From positions 8,578 through 53,667 of the forward strand of contig NZRO01000046.1 in assembly GCA_002696275.1 (NCBI GenBank): a stretch of DNA of 45,090 nucleotides, given 5' to 3'. The stretch is from Flavobacteriales bacterium (lineage in GTDB: Bacteria > Bacteroidota > Bacteroidia > Flavobacteriales > BACL11). The notes beneath the pieces were generated by a model. The model was not told the origin of the DNA. It saw only the letters and a program-made list of their open reading frames with translations, and searched no databases. The stretch's first letter is position 1. The number at the start of each line of letters is the position of its first letter. Below are positions 38,584-45,090 of the stretch, piece after piece. The translations under genes were made by a program, and so were the position numbers.

Positions 38584-39938
38584 TGCCAAAAAAGAAAGTT
38601 CAATCTGCTTTTTTCTGTCAAAATTGCGGAACACAATCTCCAAAGTGGTTAGGTAAATGTCCTCAATGTAACGAATGGAACACTTTTGTAGAAGAATTAA
38701 TTACAAAAGAAGAACAAACTAAAACTTGGAATGGATTGAACAAAGCAAGCATTCCCGTTTGCATAAACGACATTACCTTCTCTAGAGAAAAGAGAATACA
38801 AACAAAAGATTTAGAACTTAATAGAGTTTTGGGAGGAGGAATTGTTCCTGGTTCAGTTATATTACTAGGTGGAGATCCAGGAATTGGAAAATCAACCTTA
38901 TTATTACAATTAGCACTGACCTCAAATCAAAAAATACTTTATGTCTCTGGTGAGGAGAGTGAAAATCAGATAAAAATGAGGGCCCAAAGGGTAGAAAATA
39001 GTTCAAAAAACTGTTTGATACTTACAGAAACATCTACTCAAAATATATTCCAACAAATTGAAAAAGTTGAACCGCAAATATTAATAATTGATTCTATTCA
39101 GACTTTACACTCATCGCATATTGAGTCTTCACCTGGAAGCGTTTCTCAGATTAGAGAATGTACCTCTGAAATGATAAAATATGCTAAACATACTGGTACG
39201 GCTGTTTTCCTAATTGGTCATATCAATAAAGATGGTGCGATTGCAGGACCTAAAATATTGGAACATATGGTTGATACAGTTCTTCAGTTTGAGGGGGATA
39301 GAAACCATGTTTATAGAATACTTAGAACTATTAAAAATAGATTTGGCTCGGCATCAGAATTAGGTGTTTACGAAATGAGTCAGGATGGATTAAGAGGGGT
39401 TAATAATCCCTCGGAAATCCTAATTTCAGATAGAGATGAGGAGACAAGTGGAGTTGCTATTGCTTCTACAATTGAAGGAGCTCGTCCGTTAATGATTGAA
39501 ATTCAATCTCTAGTTAGTTCAGCAGTTTATGGCACTCCACAACGATCTACTACTGGATTTGACGCGAGAAGATTGAATATGTTGCTCGCTGTTTTAGAAA
39601 AAAGATGTGGGTTCAGATTAGGAATAAAGGATGTATTTTTAAATATAACTGGAGGTATAAAACCAGATGATACAGCTATAGATTTAGCTGTTATTTGTTC
39701 TGTGCTTTCTTCCGATCAAGATTTGCCAATAGCTATGCAAACATGTTTTGCTGCTGAGGTTGGTCTCTCCGGCGAAATAAGAGCTGTAAATCGAATAGAA
39801 CAAAGAATAGCTGAGGCTGAGAAACTAGGATATAAACAAATAATTATATCTAAATTTAATAAGTTTAATCCTTCTCATTTCAAAATAGAAGTAATACAGT
39901 GTTCTAAAATTGAAGAGGTTTTCCGATTACTCTTCTAA
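38583..39938 (+). CDS. radA: DNA repair protein RadA/Sms
   Basis: Zn finger CQNC..CPQC, GDPGIGKST, KNRFG, EVGLSGE. Confidence 0.99.
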   Translation: MPKKKVQSAFFCQNCGTQSPKWLGKCPQCNEWNTFVEELITKEEQTKTWNGLNKASIPVCINDITFSREKRIQTKDLELNRVLGGGIVPGSVILLGGDPGIGKSTLLLQLALTSNQKILYVSGEESENQIKMRAQRVENSSKNCLILTETSTQNIFQQIEKVEPQILIIDSIQTLHSSHIESSPGSVSQIRECTSEMIKYAKHTGTAVFLIGHINKDGAIAGPKILEHMVDTVLQFEGDRNHVYRILRTIKNRFGSASELGVYEMSQDGLRGVNNPSEILISDRDEETSGVAIASTIEGARPLMIEIQSLVSSAVYGTPQRSTTGFDARRLNMLLAVLEKRCGFRLGIKDVFLNITGGIKPDDTAIDLAVICSVLSSDQDLPIAMQTCFAAEVGLSGEIRAVNRIEQRIAEAEKLGYKQIIISKFNKFNPSHFKIEVIQCSKIEEVFRLLF

Positions 39939-40925
39939 AATGTCATATAAATCATCCAAATTTGGAGAAAGAATCATTTCTATTCTTCTATTCATTTTTC
40001 TTCCTTCAACAGATTCATTTGTAGCAATAGGATTGTGTTCTCCTCTACCAGCAGCAGTAAGTTGTAAAGGATCTAATCCTGTATTCTTTAATAATATTTT
40101 CACAACAGAAGTAGCTCTCATAACACTTAAGTCCCAGTTGTCCTTTATTGCTCCTCTACCACTGGACTGTACATTGTCAGTATGGCCTTCTACTAATATT
40201 TCAAGCTCTTGTTGACTTACCAGTGCCGATGATAATTTATTTAACGCGTTAACACCAGTCTGATTAACAACATATTTACCTGAAGCAAATAATAAGTCTT
40301 CCTCTAAAGAAATATAAATTTTACCATTCCTTTGTTCAATGGTTAATCCATCTCCTTCTAATCCGGTTAGGGCTTTTTGTACTTTGTTCTTTATGGAAGT
40401 TACTAAAGAGTCTTTTTGGTGGATAATTTTTTCTAATTCACGAACTCTTGCTGATCTTTCATCTAAATCCTCTTGAGCTTTGTTTAATTCTCGTTCTTTA
40501 TTTTGTAAATCTTTAGATAGTTTATTCAACTCATCTTCTTTATCAAGAAGCATACTTTGAGCCTCATCTAATTGTTCTAATAGTCGTTTAGTTTCTTGTG
40601 CTTTCTCTGACATTTGTCTACTGTTTTGACTTACTAATAAGTCGTAAGCGATATTTAATTCGTCAAATTTAGCTTGCAATAATTTTAGCGCGTTTCCATT
40701 TTGTATAGAATCATTTCTTAATACATAAATTCTATCCTTCAATAAACGAATATTTGCATTAAGCTCTTCTACCTGATCAGAAAGTTTTAAGTTTTCCTTT
40801 TCTTGATTAGATAAATTCCTTTGAGTGTTTTCAAAATCGGAAACTAATGCATTATGTATTTTTGGACTAACACATCCAGATATTAATAAAGTAATTATTG
40901 TAAAAATTAAGAATGAATTTCTCAT
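39927..40925 (-). CDS. OmpA/MotB-family lipoprotein with a long coiled coil
   Basis: Lipobox ISGC; heptad-rich stretch of about 150 aa; VEGHTD, NWDLS..RA, NRRIE. Confidence 0.88.
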   Translation of the reverse strand: MRNSFLIFTIITLLISGCVSPKIHNALVSDFENTQRNLSNQEKENLKLSDQVEELNANIRLLKDRIYVLRNDSIQNGNALKLLQAKFDELNIAYDLLVSQNSRQMSEKAQETKRLLEQLDEAQSMLLDKEDELNKLSKDLQNKERELNKAQEDLDERSARVRELEKIIHQKDSLVTSIKNKVQKALTGLEGDGLTIEQRNGKIYISLEEDLLFASGKYVVNQTGVNALNKLSSALVSQQELEILVEGHTDNVQSSGRGAIKDNWDLSVMRATSVVKILLKNTGLDPLQLTAAGRGEHNPIATNESVEGRKMNRRIEMILSPNLDDLYDILEE

Positions 40926-40950
40926 ATTATACTGATTTTGTAATACATAT

Positions 40951-40958
40951 CAAATTTA
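40951..40958 (-). promoter_or_regulatory. -7 element (TAAATTTG) for the OmpA/MotB lipoprotein gene
   Basis: Reverse-strand TAnnTTTG 25 nt before the ATG. Confidence 0.55.
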
Positions 40959-41020
40959 CAAAGCAAGCATATTGATAATTAGATCAAAAAAATAACTTAT
41001 CAACATAATTTTTTAATAGT

Positions 41021-41338
41021 TTATTTTTTCCAATACCCATCTATCCAAATGTATCCTCCGTGAGTTTCTTTCCACCTTCCAGATGCCCACTGACGATGTC
41101 TTTTTTTCCATTTTCCCTTGATCCAAACATATCGTCCTTTTCTTAAGCTCCATTTCCAATGACCCGGTACCCATATATAGTTTCTCTTTAACTTATTAGG
41201 TTTTGTAATTATAATTCTTGGTTTGTTTGGTCTTACTTTTACCACTTTATTATTGTGTTTTATATCAACTTTCTGAGCATTTGTTGTTGTGGTAGAAAGA
41301 AAGAATCCAAGCAAAATCGTAAAAAATATTTTTTTCAT
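41021..41338 (-). CDS. YXWGXW/WXXGXW-repeat secreted protein
   Basis: Signal peptide (TNA|Q); repeats WVPGHW, WIKGKW, WASGRW, WIDGYW. Confidence 0.85.
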   Translation of the reverse strand: MKKIFFTILLGFFLSTTTTNAQKVDIKHNNKVVKVRPNKPRIIITKPNKLKRNYIWVPGHWKWSLRKGRYVWIKGKWKKRHRQWASGRWKETHGGYIWIDGYWKK

Positions 41339-41388
41339 GTAATTTTGTTTTAAATTATTATTTTTATGACTTCTAAAAATATAAACAA

Positions 41389-41961
41389 ATGAATATTATA
41401 AAGAACTATTTTTTAAAAGGATTATTATATTCAGTTCCTGTGGCAGTTACTTGCTGGGTTATTATAGAATCTTATAATTTTCTAGACGGAATCATAGGAA
41501 ATCATCTTCCTAATAGGTTGCAAATTCCATTTTTAGGTATCTTTGTTATGTTTTTACTCATCACATTGTTTGGGTACATAGGAACTAAAGTTATTTCATC
41601 TCCAATTACTTCCATATTTAAAGATTTATTGAATAAAGCTCCCTTATTAAAAACTATTTATTCGTCTGTAAAAGATTTAATGAATACATTTGTCGGACAA
41701 AAAAAGGGATTTTCAGAACCTGTATTGGTAAAAGTATATGAAAATTCAACAATAGAAAGAATTGGATTTATTACTAATGAAGATGTGGAGTCTTTAAAGA
41801 TTAAGAAAGGTAAAGTACTTATATATATGCCACATTCATATGCTATATCTGGACAGCTTTTTGTAGTTGAAAAAAAATATGTTACTCGAATTGATCAGCC
41901 AGCTTCAGAGGTTATGAAGCTCATAATTTCTGGAGGTGTAACCGATATTGATGATAATTAA
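41389..41961 (+). CDS. DUF502 membrane protein
   Basis: F..GLL..VP; two TM segments; P.LKTIYSSVKDL; IGFIT; Y.PHSY.ISG; IISGG. Confidence 0.88.
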   Translation: MNIIKNYFLKGLLYSVPVAVTCWVIIESYNFLDGIIGNHLPNRLQIPFLGIFVMFLLITLFGYIGTKVISSPITSIFKDLLNKAPLLKTIYSSVKDLMNTFVGQKKGFSEPVLVKVYENSTIERIGFITNEDVESLKIKKGKVLIYMPHSYAISGQLFVVEKKYVTRIDQPASEVMKLIISGGVTDIDDN

Positions 41962-41973
41962 AACCTAAATCTA

Positions 41974-44214
41974 ATGATAAACAAAACACTAACAATTATA
42001 ACAATAATCATACTGACAAGTACAGATTTATTTAGTAGTGATACAATAACTATAAGATCTCATGACCACGTTGACATGACATGGTACGGTAATTATGATA
42101 AAGTTGCAGTTTTTCCTGAGGGATCAGAAACTTATAGAAAAATATATTTACATTATACTATGGGGTGTCCCTCAAGCGGATGCGCTCCTTATGATTATAC
42201 AACAAAAATTGAAGTTCTTCATAAAACCGGAGATATTGATTCAACTCTTCAACAAACACCTTATTTTACCGTTAATGGTAATACATTAGATACTTTATAT
42301 ATAACTGACACATCATATATTTACTTTTGGGATACATTATCAAATAGTACAGATTCAATGCTATCAACTCAATTACAAGTAATCAATTTTAGTGATTCCC
42401 TTAACCCTACAGTACCTACTGATACTAGTTATTATTACCCGTCTAGATATTATAATTTCCTTTTTGACTCTACAGGAGTTATTTATGATTCAATTTATGT
42501 CCAGCCAACTAATATGATATTGAATGGCATTCATTCTTGGTACTCGTATTTTGACGTAATTGAAAAATATGAGATAGCTAGAGTTATTACTCCTTATGGG
42601 GGGAATATTCCCTCAAACTATGCGTTTAAACATATTTTTGATATTACAGATTTTGCATCTATATTAAAAGATTCAGTAAAAATACGTGCACATTATAGCG
42701 GATGGGGAAATGGTTGGAGCGCTACATTGGATTTTGAATTTATTAAAGGAGTGCCTCCTAGAAATGTTAACAGTTTACAAAATATTTATTCAGGAAGTTA
42801 TTCTTATTTGAATTCATCGGATTTTGAAAATAATAAACTTACCCCTAAGACCTTTTGGATTAAACCAAATACTGAGCAAGCAATGGTTAAAATGACAACT
42901 ACAGGTCACGGGTTCGATAATAATATTAATGCGGCTGAATTCAAGCCAATTGATTATTTTGTAAATATTAATGGAAACCTTACTCACACACAATTTAATT
43001 GGAACGAGAATTGTGGAGAAAACCCAATATATCCATATTATGAAAATCCCAATGGTGGATATATTCATACATGGATTTTGGATAGGGCCAATTGGTGTCC
43101 AGGCCTAAGGGCAAAATCATTTGATCATGAAATTACTCAGTTTATAGTTCCGTCAGACTCTTTGGAAATTAATGTTGATTTTCAAAGTTATACTTGGTCA
43201 GGTTCTCAAACACCATCTTATATTGTTGAATGTCAGCTTTTTCAATATCAAGGAAGTAATTTTAATAACTCTGTAGAAATTACTGACATAATTAAACCAT
43301 CAAAAAAGGATGAGTATTCAAGATTTAATCCTACTTGTGGAAAACCGTTAATTGAAATTAGAAATTATGGTTCCTCAACATTAAATAATGCGGAGATTAT
43401 CTATGGAATTAAAGGAGGAGCTACTCATACATTTAATTGGTCAGGGAGTTTAGATTTTTTAGAGAGCGAACAAGTAGAATTACCCTTGTTGGATAACTGG
43501 TATGGAACAAAAGATGTTTTTTATGTACAGTTAAAAAACCCCAATGGCCAAGCTGATGACTATGATGCTAATAACTATATGGAATCATCATTTGATCATG
43601 TTCCTCAATATCAAAATAAAATTGCTGTATGGACACAAATAAATAATGGTGTTATTAATTCTTGGACTAACGAATCTGAGACATCATGGGAATTTTTTAA
43701 AGACGATGGTAGTTTATTTGCAGCGTCTCAACAAATGTTTTTAGGAGCTGTGCCTCAAAACCAATATAGAGATACTATTGAATTTGAATCAGGCTGTTAT
43801 ACTTTTAAGGTGTCAGATATTGGTGAAAATGGTTTAGATTATGGATATAATAATGATGGTGTTGGAAGTATAAAACTTAGAAATGTTCCAGGTACTACGT
43901 TTAAGGATTTTCACCCAGATTTTGGATCAAATATAATACATAACTTTAGAGTAGGATCAATTTTATCTAATGATCAAATTATCGAACAATTAATTATTTA
44001 TCCAATACCCGCTACCAATGAGATTATTATTGAATTTGCGTTGGGTAATTTTGTAGCCCTTGAAATTTTAGATAACACCGGAAGAGTAATAAGGGAGATA
44101 AATTCAATTACTAATAAATCTCAAATAAAAATTGATATAAGTAATTTTTCAAAAGGAGTTTATTTTGTTGCTTCTAAAGATAAAAAGATGTTCAAGAAGT
44201 TTATAAAACAATAG
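41974..44214 (+). CDS. Peptide-N-glycosidase F-related protein with T9SS type-A CTD
   Basis: C...YDY, EIARVITPYG, TTGHG, AEF, RANWCPG; C-terminal IYPIPA...KGVYFV...KKFIKQ. Confidence 0.8.
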   Translation: MINKTLTIITIIILTSTDLFSSDTITIRSHDHVDMTWYGNYDKVAVFPEGSETYRKIYLHYTMGCPSSGCAPYDYTTKIEVLHKTGDIDSTLQQTPYFTVNGNTLDTLYITDTSYIYFWDTLSNSTDSMLSTQLQVINFSDSLNPTVPTDTSYYYPSRYYNFLFDSTGVIYDSIYVQPTNMILNGIHSWYSYFDVIEKYEIARVITPYGGNIPSNYAFKHIFDITDFASILKDSVKIRAHYSGWGNGWSATLDFEFIKGVPPRNVNSLQNIYSGSYSYLNSSDFENNKLTPKTFWIKPNTEQAMVKMTTTGHGFDNNINAAEFKPIDYFVNINGNLTHTQFNWNENCGENPIYPYYENPNGGYIHTWILDRANWCPGLRAKSFDHEITQFIVPSDSLEINVDFQSYTWSGSQTPSYIVECQLFQYQGSNFNNSVEITDIIKPSKKDEYSRFNPTCGKPLIEIRNYGSSTLNNAEIIYGIKGGATHTFNWSGSLDFLESEQVELPLLDNWYGTKDVFYVQLKNPNGQADDYDANNYMESSFDHVPQYQNKIAVWTQINNGVINSWTNESETSWEFFKDDGSLFAASQQMFLGAVPQNQYRDTIEFESGCYTFKVSDIGENGLDYGYNNDGVGSIKLRNVPGTTFKDFHPDFGSNIIHNFRVGSILSNDQIIEQLIIYPIPATNEIIIEFALGNFVALEILDNTGRVIREINSITNKSQIKIDISNFSKGVYFVASKDKKMFKKFIKQ

Positions 44215-45090
44215 ATGAAATATTGTAATTCATTAACAAAATATTCTCGATTTAAAACACGAGAAGTAAAGGTTGGAAATTTAGTGTTTGGAGGTGATAA
44301 TCCCATCCATATACAATCCATGACTACAACCGATACAATGGATACGGAAGCTACAGTTGCTGAGTCTATAAGAATGATAGAGGCGGGATGTAAATTAGTA
44401 AGAATAACCACACCTAGTAAGAAAGAAGCTGAGAATCTACAAATTATAAAAGATCAGTTAAGATTAAGAGGGTATTTCACTCCTATTGTTGCGGATATTC
44501 ATTACACTCCAAATGCAGCTGAAATTGCAGCCAGAATCGTAGAAAAAGTTAGGGTAAATCCTGGTAATTACGCTGATAAAAAGAAATTTGAGGAAATTGA
44601 ATATACAGATGAAAGTTATCTTGTAGAATTAGAAAGAATAAGAGAAAAATTCACCCCTCTTGTAAGAATCTGTAAAGCACATGGAACAGCTATGAGAATT
44701 GGAACTAATCACGGATCTCTTTCTGATAGAATTTTAAGTAGATATGGAGACACTCCTAAAGGAATGGTAGAATCTGCTATGGAGTTTTTGCGCATCTGTA
44801 GATCTGAAAATTTCCATAATATTATTCTTTCCATGAAAGCTTCTAATACTAGAGTAATGGTTCAAGCTTATAGATTACTAGTTGCTGAAATGATAAACGA
44901 AGGGATGGACTATCCTTTGCATTTAGGAGTAACAGAAGCAGGAGAAGGAGAAGATGGAAGAATAAAATCTGCAGTTGGAATTGGGACACTACTCTCTGAC
45001 GGTATAGGAGATACAATTAGGGTTTCTTTAACAGAAGCGCCCGAGTTTGAAATGCCAGTAGCTCAACAGTTACTTTCACATTTTGATGGA
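44215..45090 (+). CDS. ispG: (E)-4-hydroxy-3-methylbut-2-enyl-diphosphate synthase, 5' part (runs off the window; absent from the ORF track)
   Basis: Manual translation [67 protein letters not shown]. Confidence 0.97.
   Translation, partial: MKYCNSLTKYSRFKTREVKVGNLVFGGDNPIHIQSMTTTDTMDTEATVAESIRMIEAGCKLVRITTPSKKEAENLQIIKDQLRLRGYFTPIVADIHYTPNAAEIAARIVEKVRVNPGNYADKKKFEEIEYTDESYLVELERIREKFTPLVRICKAHGTAMRIGTNHGSLSDRILSRYGDTPKGMVESAMEFLRICRSENFHNIILSMKASNTRVMVQAYRLLVAEMINEGMDYPLHLGVTEAGEGEDGRIKSAVGIGTLLSDGIGDTIRVSLTEAPEFEMPVAQQLLSHFDG

Noticed and set aside
1620-44411. Short ORF-track entries inside or antisense to real genes (e.g. 1620, 2197, 4216, 9265, 12245, 15608, 16050, 18195, 21343, 24045, 24200, 24958, 26493, 26983, 29719, 34633, 37326, 39910, 42095, 42814, 44160)
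   Set aside because: Shadow ORFs overlapping well-supported genes, with no recognisable motifs

Overview
A gene-dense, AT-rich chromosomal segment from an aerobic Bacteroidota bacterium, most likely a streamlined Flavobacteriales-type organism. Support for this assignment: TAnnTTTG promoters, T9SS substrates, a PorP/SprF gene and Gln at +1 of secreted proteins. Most of the window is housekeeping: tdh-cysS-glutaminyl cyclase, trhO-asnS-rpoN, dxs, yceD-rpmF-plsX-fabH-accB-accC, pepA-pdxA, mqnC-ribE-dCMP deaminase-ctpA, GT5-DUF4270-glmS, panC-flippase-hldC-radA, and a partial ispG. It also holds a T9SS type-B cargo/PorP/PD40-OmpA cassette and a PNGase F-like T9SS type-A protein. Two real genes are missing from the ORF track: rpmF (22615-22794, -) and ispG (44215 to the window end, +). 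The most unusual region is a small accessory block at about 29.6-32.1 kb. It encodes a single-domain 6-TM voltage-gated channel whose filter (FRILTGEDWTD) closely resembles domain II of eukaryotic Cav channels and which lacks the usual C-terminal coiled coil. Immediately downstream is an uncharacterised protein with a canonical EF-hand loop. The pair is a candidate bacterial Ca2+-linked channel/sensor module; this is an inference and is untested. I recognised no rRNA, tRNA, CRISPR array or mobile element. Family calls are from motif recognition, not database searches.
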